Positions 27,229 through 37,457 of a DNA stretch of 64,000 bases are shown in pieces. This DNA comes from a virus: IMG/VR virus record IMGVR_UViG_3300020419_001305, positions 14,285 through 78,284 of that record; one strand, given 5' to 3'. Position numbers and translations under genes: made by a program. The notes beneath the pieces are model-generated. The model saw only the letters and a list, made by a program, of their open reading frames with translations, had not been told where the DNA came from and made no database searches. Position 1 is the stretch's first letter. The number at the start of each line of letters is the position of its first letter.

Positions 27229-30200
27229 ATGGCAAGACAAGATATTTACTTAGGGGTTGAGGGTAACGACGGTACTGGTGATAGTATCCGCGAAGCGTTT
27301 AAAAAAGCTAACGAGAATTTTACAGAACTGTATGCTGTATTCGGGCAAGGCGGTACTATAAGTTTTACAGCTTTAAGTGATTCTCCTTCAGCTATTACAC
27401 CCAACGGAGTTTTAATTGGAAACACAACTGGTACAGAATTAATTGCGAAAACACTTACTGGTGGCACAGGAATATCTATAGATAATACCAGTTTAACAAA
27501 TATTACAATTACAAACACTGGTGCTAATATTAATGCTGATACAAGTCCTATTTTAGGAGGACCTTTAAGTGGTAATGCTGTATATCCTATAGGAAAGATA
27601 AACACATCTGCCGCGGCTATAGCAGAATTTAATTCAACACACGCATCACAAATTACTATTGATGACATTGTTACAGACAAAAAATACCAAGATAAAAATT
27701 ATGCACCACACACTATTACACAATCTAACAAATCTGTATATGCTAGAACAGAGCCAACTGATGATAATGAATACACACAAACAATTACAGAATATAGTTC
27801 AGGTAATGTTGTTATATCGGGTCACGGGTTTGATAACAGCTTCAATGGTACTCAGTGGAAATATTCTACTACAAATACAGCACCAAACGGTTTAACAAAT
27901 AATACAAATTACTTTATTAGATTTGTAAGTGAAAATCAAATTAGTTTACATACAAGTAAAGCAGAAGCACAAAACGATAACGATTTAACTAGAGTAAAAG
28001 TTAATATAGGTTTAGGAACTACAACTGCTGTCACAGGCACAGATGTAATTAAAGACCAAAGCTATAATGAAAGTCTATACGGTAATTACAGAGTAGACGA
28101 AGTAATGCCAAGAAACGCTTCAGTAAGAAGACAAGGCGATGAATTAGCAGGGTCACTTTACCTAGCAGACCATCCAGGATATCTAGCAGGCACTACAGGA
28201 CCAATAGAAGATAGACAAGCGGCAACTAAACTTTATGTTGATAACTCTTCTTATGCTTCTACAGAAGATCTATTTGTTACTAAACAAGGTGACGATACAC
28301 AGGCAAACACTCCAGTAGGATTTGAAGGTAGGGGTTTAAGTTATGCCTATGGTAGTTTAAAAGCGGCGGCCTTAAAGGCACAAGAAATTATGGAGTCAGC
28401 TCCTATTGAACCTGGTGCCTATAGACAAACTATTACATACAACGCAGGTGATAATATATCACTTGTTACACTAGCTGAAACAAAAACAACAAATGCTTTG
28501 GCAAAAAGTGCTATTAAATATTTACAAGGCAGTAAAAAGTTTGTACAGAAATCTGTTGTTGATTATGTAAAAGATAATTTCCCACAACATAGTTTCTTTG
28601 ACACTAATGTTATTAATAAAAATACAGAAAGTTTATTATTTAAAAATAAAAAGTTTATACAAGAAGAAGTAACAGCTTGGATCAACTATCAAATTAATAC
28701 AGGCGCTACAGTAAGTTATAGTGACGGTACAGCTAACTTTACAGGATTTAAATATAGTTCGGCAAAGTGTAAAAGAGATGTAGGCTATATTGTTGATGCT
28801 TGGGAAAATGACTTAGCTAGAGGCGGCAACATTGAAACAAGAAGAATAGCATCAAGCTATCTAGCTGGTGCTGTAAATGCTGTCAATAAAAATACATCTA
28901 ACGCAGGCAATACAGTTAATCAAATAGCACAAACAAATGCCGCACTTGAATTTGCTAGAGATCTTGTTAAAGATTATATTTTAACAGGAACAGCATATCC
29001 GACAAAACAAGGTTACTTCCAAGTTAACGCATCTAACTTAACAGCAAACGCATTTAGATTCTATATAGGTACATCATCATATGCTAATGTATATGTAAAC
29101 GGCGGAGTTGTTACTAAATCAGACGGGACGGCACTTAATGTAAGTAATTTTACCTATGATTATACAACAGGATTTGCTGATGTAACTACTACTACAACAC
29201 ACGGATTGTCCGCAGGTAACACAGTCCAATTAACAGGTGTAAATGTTAATTGTACTTACGATGGTGCTACTACAGAAAAAATATATCCAGAGCTAAACAG
29301 CCAAGCAAATTGTTATAAATTTGTAGTTCAAAATGCTGACTTCTTAGGAAATAGTCCTACAACTAACGGTTTCCAAATATATGTAGGACCTAGTAAATAT
29401 GCTCACACTTATATTAGTGGCGGTACAGCAAAAGGAAACCTAACAGAATTTTCACCAACAGGAGCAACATATAATCCAACAACTGGAGATATGGTAATTA
29501 CTATTGGAAGTCACAGCTTAACAACATCAAACACAATAGAAATAGAACCAAACAGTTTTACATTTACCTGTGCGAAAGATAATAATGCTACTCTTCATTC
29601 TTATCCAAGAAAAGAATCTGTTACATCATCACCAAGCAGTGATCCAGCATATAATACAGCTTTAGCAATTACGGCAGTTGGCGGAACAACAATTACAGTC
29701 AACGTAGGGATATCTTCAGATACAAGTGCACACACTTTTGTAGGTGCTAGAAGAAATGCTGTAAAATATTACACAGCAAACACAAGTATTTCAGGATTTA
29801 ATTACAGTAATACAAACGGGTATGCTACAGTAACAACGTCAAGTGCTCATGGACTAGTCGCAGGTAATAAAGTTGAATTAGCAGACATATATCTATCTTG
29901 TACTGCTCCTACAACAAGTAACACATATTACCCACAACCTATATATGGTGACTATGGAACAGGTAACAGTGACATTCCTACAAGAGCAACAGCATTAACA
30001 GAACTTATAGTTGATGTTATTGCCAACGGATTAGGTAAAGTTCCTGCTCCAGTACAACCGCAAAAATCTAATAACACCTGTGAAAGAGATTTAGGATTAA
30101 TAATCGATGGAATGATTATTGATATAAGGAACGGAACCAACTCTAACTTCAATGCCTTACAAGCGGCTAAGAGATACTTTAGTACACCAAGTGGAGCTAA

Positions 30201-33200
30201 AGCTAGAATAAGTCAAAAAGCAGAAACACTTGCGGCATTGACAAAAGCAAAATCATATGTTAGAAGTGTAGTTTCAAATACGGATTTAAAAAGACAATCA
30301 AGATTGTTTTCAGTTGAAAGTGCCAACTTAACTACAACACAATTTCAAATTGCTGTAGGAACTTCGAATACAGTACACACTTATGTAAGAGGCGGAACAG
30401 TTACTTTTGGAAATACTGTCTTTACTATTAACAATTTTTCATATAATAATGTTACAGGAAAAGGATTAATTACTACAACTACAGCACATGGATTAACAAC
30501 AGGTAATGTTGTACAGATTGATGATGTAGTATTTGAATGTAATACTGGTATAAAAGAATATCCTGGAGAGTTTTCAACAGATATTCCACAATACTTAGAT
30601 AGTACATTAACAACAGTATCAGATACCATTAAAAATGCTTTAGACAACCAATTTGATATTATTATAGACATTTTAACAAATGGATTTACAGCAGTTGATA
30701 CTTATACCGTAGTAGAAGGTAGTACATATAAAATACAATTTAGTAATGGTGGATCAAACTATTATACTGATCAAGGTATAAACAGCAACGTAGATATACT
30801 TCCAGGAAAAATTATTGTAGGTAAAACTACCGGAGCAAGAGGTAGAATTGTAAAATATACAAGTGGTGTAGATTTAGGTAATGTTGCCTACGACGAAGTA
30901 GAAGTAGTATTAGTTGAACCAAAAGAATTTAGAATCGGTGAGGAACTAGAGTATGGTAATGGAACAAAAGAGAAACAAATTTGTATCCATGTAGAATCAG
31001 GAATATACTACGAAGATTATCCAATCAAAGTTCCGGATAACGTTTCTATTAAAGGTACAGACTTTAGACGTTGTCAAATTAGGCCGGCTCCTAGAATTTC
31101 TCAATCACCTTGGGCTAAAACTTATTTTTATAGAGATAAACTTTTAGACAACTTACAAATTACAGACTTTACCGGAGCCGATATTGCTACGGCACAAGAT
31201 ATTACGCTTACAGGAATAAATGAAGCAGGTGGAATTATCACTGTTAGTCCAGCAGATAATATTGCTCCTATCGCTTGGGACGGTGCTTGGTTCTATACAG
31301 ATAACGGCGCAGTTGGATTAATTTCAAATGCTGATGGCGGAAGTGATTTTAATGTTACTTTGACTGTAGACATTTTACCAAACTTAGGTACAATAAGTGC
31401 AGGTGCTTGGCACGTTAAGAAAACTGTAAATTACGGATATCACTATCTAACTGATCCAGGAGACGCAACCAGTGTAGCAAAACGTAACGATCAAATGGAC
31501 GTATTCTTAATGAATGATGCTACAAGGTTAGCAAACATGTCATTCCAAGGACACGGTGGATTTGCTCAGGTACTTGACCCAGCAGGACAGGTTCTAATTA
31601 AATCTCCATATACACAGGTTTGTGGAAGTTTCTCAGGTAGTGCTAACAAACAAGCATTTAGAGGTGGTATGTTTATTGATGGTTTCTCAGGAAACTTAGA
31701 AACTGTTATCACAAGTAAAGATGACAATTATACACTTAATGTTCAATCAGCGGCTGGCACAGGTTTAAGAGTTAGAAGACCACAAACACCAGCACCGTTC
31801 TTTATAAACGGAGTAAGATACCAAGTTGATGCTATTTCAGAATATGATGGCGGAGCAGGTACTGCCAAACTGTTAATTAATAAACTATCAAATGGCGGAA
31901 GTGGTTATTCAGATGCTATACCAGGAGGCGGTACAAACATCTTTATTCAAACTGCTGGTAACAGAAGTATGTTGGCAAACGACTATACTCAGGTTAACGA
32001 TTTAGGTTATGGATTATTTGTTAACAACGCAGGACTTTCAGAACAAGTTTCAACTTTTACATATTATAACCACATTGCTTTCTTTAGTAATAATGGTTCA
32101 GAAATTAGAGCCCTTAACTGTTCTAACGCAAATGGTAACTTTGGTTTAGTTGCGGCAGGATCAGATCCAAACGAAACTGTTGATGCTATCACATCTATTA
32201 GAACTATGCAACAACCAGCAAAAGTTTATAACGATGCTAGTAACACTTACGGCTTTGGTGCTATTTCACATGCGGCAGGTGTTAACACAATCCATTTATA
32301 TGATTGTGATTATCATCCTTATCCGAACAGTTTAATTGATGTATATGAAAGAGATGGTAGTGGCAATATTACGGCACTAAACACTTACGAAGTTACAGCA
32401 GTATCAGTCTTATCAGTACCTACTTCAAACTCAGGAGGGTACAGTGGTGCTACAGGTCCTACGGGACGTAAAGGTGCTAACTTACCAATTTACAGATTAA
32501 ATATTTCAGGAGATACTGGACTAGCAAGTGCTATAACAGGAAATCATAATCCTTCATTGGCATCAGATGCTTCATCATATGTGATAATGAGAATGAACAA
32601 GAATCACTTGTTCTCAGGTGTATCAGGTGTGACAAGTATACGACCTTCAACAGCATTAATATTTGATGAGAATCCAGGAAGAGTATACAGAACAATTAGT
32701 TTTAACAATCAAGATTCTGATAATAGTGCATTAGCGGCAGATAGATTCCAAATTGTTTTTGATTCAGGATTTAGTCATTTAAATCTTACAGTAAATCAAA
32801 CAGAGGCAGTAAACAATACATACGCTGGTTCTGGAACAACAATGGGTGCGACAGTAGGTGACGTTGTCATTGCTATCGAAAAACTTACTGCTACTGGTAT
32901 AGCTAGAATTAACAACAACGATATGATTATGGCTTGGGGTGGTAAATTACACCAAGTTACAAATTATACAGATAGAACAACATTTGCCACAGTACAACTA
33001 GGTGATGTTGCGGCATCAAACATTAACAGTGACAGTGGATTATTCAGTGGAGCAGGTATAGCTAAAAAAGTTTACAGCGCCGGTGGAACCACTGCTATAA
33101 CATTAACATTATCATTAGCAGGAAACGAAGCCGCTAATATTACAGTTGGTATCTCAACACTTAGAGCAAACGGACACGACTTTGATAAAATAGGTACTGG

Positions 33201-35112
33201 TGGATTTAATACAACTAACTATCCAAGTATTATTTACGGTGAGCCTGTTAATGCGGCTACCCAAGCAAATGAGGTTGTTGAAAGAGGAAAAGGAAGAGTA
33301 TTCTTTGCCTCAACTGACCAAGACGGATTCTTTAGAATTGGTAAGTTCTTTAGTGTAGACCAAGGAACAGGTACAGTTACATTCGCGGCAAGCATAGCAA
33401 TCAGTAACTTAGACGGACTAGGATTTAAACAAGGTGTAAGAATTACAGAATTCAGTAATGACGACACTATGTCAGATGCTGATCCAGCGGCAGTTCCAAC
33501 TGAATTTGCAACTGAATCGTTTACTACAAGAAGGTTACACTTTGACCGCGGCGGCATACTACAAACAGTAGGAACCATAGGTCCAGGTGTTGTTGCTAGA
33601 GATGGTACAACGCCATTGACAGGAAATTTAAGTGCTGGTAGCTTTAAAATATTTAACCATGCTGATCCAACTAACCAACAAGATGTAACAACTAAATCTT
33701 ATGTAGATGCTAGAACACCTTTTGGTAGTGAAGCAATAGGAGTTAATATTGCTAACAGAGCAACAAACGATTTCTTAGTTTGGAATGGATCCAGTTATGA
33801 TAACGCTAGTCCGGCAGGTGATATTGGTATAAGCGTTGTTGGTAACATTGCTACGTTTTCAATTACCGCAGATAGTATTGTTAACGCAGACGTTAACACT
33901 AATGCCGCAATAGCTCAAAGCAAGTTGGCAATGAATGCCGCAAGTACAAGGGCTAACGCAACAGGTATTACACAAGCCGACTTAGGATTAGCAAGTTTTG
34001 ATTCAGGTGACTTTACTGTTACTAACGGATTTGTTACATTAAAAGAAGGTAGTGTTGATTACTCAGACTTACCTGATATGGCAACTAAAACAGTTTTAGC
34101 TAACATCACAGGTGGAACAGCAGATACGGTTGCAGTTACAATTGACGACTTAGTTGATAACTACAGTAAATTTACAACCACTGGTGTTGCTTCTAGAATT
34201 GTTAAGACTGGAACAGATGGTAGTATTGACACACAAAAATTAAAATTAGATAACTATGAAGTTTTAGATCAAACTAACTTAACAATGACACTTAAGACAC
34301 CTGGTGGTGCTAAAGTGTTTGATACTGTTGGATCTGTACCAAGTAATACTACAACAACATATCCTGGTTCAATACAAATTGGTGGAACAGATACAACACC
34401 ATCTTTCTTCCAAAAGAATAGTAGTTATGGAGATCCAAGTGATGCTACTCTTAATGAACCAAGACTAGCAAGTGATTGGGTGTATACTTCGTTTATTGAA
34501 GCACCTGGAGAAAAAGGAGCTTCGTCAACTGGTATTGCTGTTGGAGCTGGTACAGGATTTACAGCGGCAGGTGAGATAGCAATTATAGCAAACAATAACG
34601 TAGCGGCTATCAAGTTTACACAAACAGCGGCAAGTCCTTCAAGTAATAACGGTTATGCTTTAGGAACATCAGCTTTAAGATACTCAACTGTATATGCCAC
34701 AGCATTAGATGGGTTGGCTACATCAGCAAAATATGCTGACTTGGCAGAGAATTATCTAGCAGATGCGGAATACGAAGTAGGAACTGTTTTGATCTTTGGT
34801 GGTGAACAGGAACTTACAACGACAGATATGAAAGGTGATACCAAAGTAGCAGGAGTTGTTTCGGAAAATCCAGCACACTTGATGAACAGTCAACTAGAAG
34901 GCGATCATGTAACACCGTTAGCATTACAAGGTAGAACTCCTTGTAAGGTAATTGGACAAGTTAAAAAAGGTGACATGATAGTTACAAGTGCTATAGCAGG
35001 GTATGGTATGGTAAACAACGTACCAGGTATAGGAACAATAATTGGTAAAGCAGTGGGCACAAAAGATGATGACGGACACGGCATTGTTGAAGTTGTGATA
35101 GGGAGAGTATAA
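27229..35112 (+). CDS. Giant tail fibre/baseplate structural protein (2627 aa)
   Basis: N-terminal gp9/gp10-like NDGTGDSIREAFKKANENFTELY; internal repeats; C-terminal YADLAENY..GTVLIFGG..GVVS.NPAHLMN intramolecular-chaperone-like domain. Confidence 0.85.
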   Translation: MARQDIYLGVEGNDGTGDSIREAFKKANENFTELYAVFGQGGTISFTALSDSPSAITPNGVLIGNTTGTELIAKTLTGGTGISIDNTSLTNITITNTGANINADTSPILGGPLSGNAVYPIGKINTSAAAIAEFNSTHASQITIDDIVTDKKYQDKNYAPHTITQSNKSVYARTEPTDDNEYTQTITEYSSGNVVISGHGFDNSFNGTQWKYSTTNTAPNGLTNNTNYFIRFVSENQISLHTSKAEAQNDNDLTRVKVNIGLGTTTAVTGTDVIKDQSYNESLYGNYRVDEVMPRNASVRRQGDELAGSLYLADHPGYLAGTTGPIEDRQAATKLYVDNSSYASTEDLFVTKQGDDTQANTPVGFEGRGLSYAYGSLKAAALKAQEIMESAPIEPGAYRQTITYNAGDNISLVTLAETKTTNALAKSAIKYLQGSKKFVQKSVVDYVKDNFPQHSFFDTNVINKNTESLLFKNKKFIQEEVTAWINYQINTGATVSYSDGTANFTGFKYSSAKCKRDVGYIVDAWENDLARGGNIETRRIASSYLAGAVNAVNKNTSNAGNTVNQIAQTNAALEFARDLVKDYILTGTAYPTKQGYFQVNASNLTANAFRFYIGTSSYANVYVNGGVVTKSDGTALNVSNFTYDYTTGFADVTTTTTHGLSAGNTVQLTGVNVNCTYDGATTEKIYPELNSQANCYKFVVQNADFLGNSPTTNGFQIYVGPSKYAHTYISGGTAKGNLTEFSPTGATYNPTTGDMVITIGSHSLTTSNTIEIEPNSFTFTCAKDNNATLHSYPRKESVTSSPSSDPAYNTALAITAVGGTTITVNVGISSDTSAHTFVGARRNAVKYYTANTSISGFNYSNTNGYATVTTSSAHGLVAGNKVELADIYLSCTAPTTSNTYYPQPIYGDYGTGNSDIPTRATALTELIVDVIANGLGKVPAPVQPQKSNNTCERDLGLIIDGMIIDIRNGTNSNFNALQAAKRYFSTPSGAKARISQKAETLAALTKAKSYVRSVVSNTDLKRQSRLFSVESANLTTTQFQIAVGTSNTVHTYVRGGTVTFGNTVFTINNFSYNNVTGKGLITTTTAHGLTTGNVVQIDDVVFECNTGIKEYPGEFSTDIPQYLDSTLTTVSDTIKNALDNQFDIIIDILTNGFTAVDTYTVVEGSTYKIQFSNGGSNYYTDQGINSNVDILPGKIIVGKTTGARGRIVKYTSGVDLGNVAYDEVEVVLVEPKEFRIGEELEYGNGTKEKQICIHVESGIYYEDYPIKVPDNVSIKGTDFRRCQIRPAPRISQSPWAKTYFYRDKLLDNLQITDFTGADIATAQDITLTGINEAGGIITVSPADNIAPIAWDGAWFYTDNGAVGLISNADGGSDFNVTLTVDILPNLGTISAGAWHVKKTVNYGYHYLTDPGDATSVAKRNDQMDVFLMNDATRLANMSFQGHGGFAQVLDPAGQVLIKSPYTQVCGSFSGSANKQAFRGGMFIDGFSGNLETVITSKDDNYTLNVQSAAGTGLRVRRPQTPAPFFINGVRYQVDAISEYDGGAGTAKLLINKLSNGGSGYSDAIPGGGTNIFIQTAGNRSMLANDYTQVNDLGYGLFVNNAGLSEQVSTFTYYNHIAFFSNNGSEIRALNCSNANGNFGLVAAGSDPNETVDAITSIRTMQQPAKVYNDASNTYGFGAISHAAGVNTIHLYDCDYHPYPNSLIDVYERDGSGNITALNTYEVTAVSVLSVPTSNSGGYSGATGPTGRKGANLPIYRLNISGDTGLASAITGNHNPSLASDASSYVIMRMNKNHLFSGVSGVTSIRPSTALIFDENPGRVYRTISFNNQDSDNSALAADRFQIVFDSGFSHLNLTVNQTEAVNNTYAGSGTTMGATVGDVVIAIEKLTATGIARINNNDMIMAWGGKLHQVTNYTDRTTFATVQLGDVAASNINSDSGLFSGAGIAKKVYSAGGTTAITLTLSLAGNEAANITVGISTLRANGHDFDKIGTGGFNTTNYPSIIYGEPVNAATQANEVVERGKGRVFFASTDQDGFFRIGKFFSVDQGTGTVTFAASIAISNLDGLGFKQGVRITEFSNDDTMSDADPAAVPTEFATESFTTRRLHFDRGGILQTVGTIGPGVVARDGTTPLTGNLSAGSFKIFNHADPTNQQDVTTKSYVDARTPFGSEAIGVNIANRATNDFLVWNGSSYDNASPAGDIGISVVGNIATFSITADSIVNADVNTNAAIAQSKLAMNAASTRANATGITQADLGLASFDSGDFTVTNGFVTLKEGSVDYSDLPDMATKTVLANITGGTADTVAVTIDDLVDNYSKFTTTGVASRIVKTGTDGSIDTQKLKLDNYEVLDQTNLTMTLKTPGGAKVFDTVGSVPSNTTTTYPGSIQIGGTDTTPSFFQKNSSYGDPSDATLNEPRLASDWVYTSFIEAPGEKGASSTGIAVGAGTGFTAAGEIAIIANNNVAAIKFTQTAASPSSNNGYALGTSALRYSTVYATALDGLATSAKYADLAENYLADAEYEVGTVLIFGGEQELTTTDMKGDTKVAGVVSENPAHLMNSQLEGDHVTPLALQGRTPCKVIGQVKKGDMIVTSAIAGYGMVNNVPGIGTIIGKAVGTKDDDGHGIVEVVIGRV

Positions 35113-35393
35113 TGGCTATTCTAACTATAAACATAGGAACAAGTGCAAACAAAGGCGATGGTGATCCGTTAAGAGTAGCATTTGATAAAATTAACAAAAA
35201 CTTTGCGGAACTTGATGTTAGTAATACTAAAAGAGACGTTGTTGGTTCAGTGTTCGCAGACGATTCTACATTATTAGTAGATGCTGTAAATGGAGTAATA
35301 CCAGGGTACGTTAGTTTAACAACACTAAAATCAACAGTAGCGGCAAGCACCGACTTCGCAGATTTTAAAAACCGAATAGCGGCGCTGAGTTAG
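35112..35393 (+). CDS. Small baseplate/tail protein
   Basis: INIGTSANKGDGDPLRVAFDKINKNF motif. Confidence 0.75.
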   Translation: MAILTINIGTSANKGDGDPLRVAFDKINKNFAELDVSNTKRDVVGSVFADDSTLLVDAVNGVIPGYVSLTTLKSTVAASTDFADFKNRIAALS

Positions 35394-35408
35394 AGAGGAT
35401 GATTAAAC

Positions 35409-37448
35409 ATGGCAAATAGATTTCCAATTATAGTTGATAGAGATGATCAAAACAAGCTAAAAGAATTACCGGCAGGTGATAATCTCGATCTTACAGGATC
35501 AGGTATAGTTGGTGCTGGAAGCATTGCGGCAACAGGACTAACAATAGGTGGTGTCAGTTATAATCCTTTCAGTGGTAGCTACACAGATCTAACAAATAAA
35601 CCAACAGTAGCCGCGAACACAGGCGAATTACCAGAAGGTACTAATTTATACTTTACCAATGAGCGAGTAGACGATAGGGTTGCGGCAGTACTAAGAGAAG
35701 GTACTGGAATAGATATCGTGTATGACGATCTTGCTGGAACTATTACAATTACAAATACAGGAACAAGCAGTGGAGGTAGTGGAGGACTTGCTCCAGCGAC
35801 AAACTTTGACGGATTAGCAAATAATCAAATTATTAAATATTCAACTACAGGCAATACCGATGGTGGAGCGGCATGGGTAAACGGAAGCATTAACTACAGT
35901 GAGATAATCGGAACACCTAGTCTTGCTACTGTGGCTACCACTGGTAGTTATACTAATCTTACAAATAAACCTACTTTGGTAGATGACATAAGTGATTTAC
36001 TAGATGTAGATACTATTTCAAATCCTCCTTCTACAGGACAGGTACTTAAATGGGACGGTGCTAAATGGGCACCCGCAGATGATATTACAACAGGAGGCTC
36101 GGGACTCAACGCAGATACACTTGATGGATTCGATGGATCATACTATTTAAATTACGCAAACTTAACAAACAAACCAACTTTATTTGACAGTCAGTTTAGT
36201 TCGTTGACAGGAACTCCTACAACTTTATCAGGTTATGGAATTACAGATGCCATTAGTTCTAATCAAAGCTATACACAAAACGGATCTATTACTATTAATG
36301 ATGACAATGGATTACAAATCGGCGGCAGTTCTATTAGTAAAGTTTCATTAGGTATAACAGGCGGTAATGTTGTTTTACAAAATTTAGTTAATGAACAAGA
36401 CTTTGAAATAAAAGTCAAACCTATTGCTGGTGTAATCACAGCATTAAAAGTTGATACAGGTTCTGGTAGAGTAGGTATATACAAAACAACACCAACAAGA
36501 ACACTAGACGTTGGAGGCGACGTTGGTGCTACAAACTTCTTTGGTGGCGGATCAAACTTAACAGATATTACTCTTACACAGGTTACTACAGCTGGATCAG
36601 AAACAACCAACAGCGTAAGTTTTGGAAATGTAAATCCATCGGCTGATAGCACATACAGTTTAGGATCTAACACTATTAGATGGGCAAACACTTATACGGA
36701 TAACTTGTCCATTGACGGAGGTTCAACATTCGCAGATGGAGCATTAAGTATTAAAACAGGCACAGGTAGTGTAGCTAGAATTGATTTATATTGTGAAACA
36801 AACAATGTACACTACGTTAGAATAGAACCACCAGCACATGCTAACTATAGCGGAAACGTAACATTGACATTGCCTAACGCTTCAGGTACTATTGCTCGTA
36901 CAGCAGATATCCCAACTGTTCCTTCTACTATAAGTTCGTTTACTAATGACTCAGGTTATCTTACAGGAATAACAGGCCAGGCTATTAATAATTTGGCTGA
37001 TGTAAACATCTCAGCTTTGGCAAACGGCGAAATTTTAAAATGGAATAGTAGTACTAATTATTGGGAAAACGGCACAGGCGGCGGTCAGGTTGGAAACTTT
37101 ACACTATCTAATAGTGTAATTGACACAGACGATAGTTCACAGATTGTAATGACTCCAAGTGTTAGAATGAGCAGTGACCTTACTGTTGATGGAAATTTAA
37201 CAGCACAAAAATTTACAGCTGATACATTTGAAAGTTCTGGTGTAGGTACACCACAAATAGATAGTGCTAGTTCTATTGAACTTATAGCACAGGATCAAGT
37301 TAAGATTACAAGCAGTCCTTTACGTCTAGCAAGTTTTACAAGCACACAAAGAGATGCATTAACAGCCGGCAACGGAGATACTATTTACAATACAACAACT
37401 AACAAGTTCCAAGGATATGCAAACGGTGCTTGGGTTGATTTACATTAA
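35409..37448 (+). CDS. Tail fibre-like protein
   Basis: Repeated Y..LTNKP, GQVLKWDG..W, GLNADTLDG motifs. Confidence 0.8.
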   Translation: MANRFPIIVDRDDQNKLKELPAGDNLDLTGSGIVGAGSIAATGLTIGGVSYNPFSGSYTDLTNKPTVAANTGELPEGTNLYFTNERVDDRVAAVLREGTGIDIVYDDLAGTITITNTGTSSGGSGGLAPATNFDGLANNQIIKYSTTGNTDGGAAWVNGSINYSEIIGTPSLATVATTGSYTNLTNKPTLVDDISDLLDVDTISNPPSTGQVLKWDGAKWAPADDITTGGSGLNADTLDGFDGSYYLNYANLTNKPTLFDSQFSSLTGTPTTLSGYGITDAISSNQSYTQNGSITINDDNGLQIGGSSISKVSLGITGGNVVLQNLVNEQDFEIKVKPIAGVITALKVDTGSGRVGIYKTTPTRTLDVGGDVGATNFFGGGSNLTDITLTQVTTAGSETTNSVSFGNVNPSADSTYSLGSNTIRWANTYTDNLSIDGGSTFADGALSIKTGTGSVARIDLYCETNNVHYVRIEPPAHANYSGNVTLTLPNASGTIARTADIPTVPSTISSFTNDSGYLTGITGQAINNLADVNISALANGEILKWNSSTNYWENGTGGGQVGNFTLSNSVIDTDDSSQIVMTPSVRMSSDLTVDGNLTAQKFTADTFESSGVGTPQIDSASSIELIAQDQVKITSSPLRLASFTSTQRDALTAGNGDTIYNTTTNKFQGYANGAWVDLH

Positions 37449-37457
37449 GGAGCAGAC

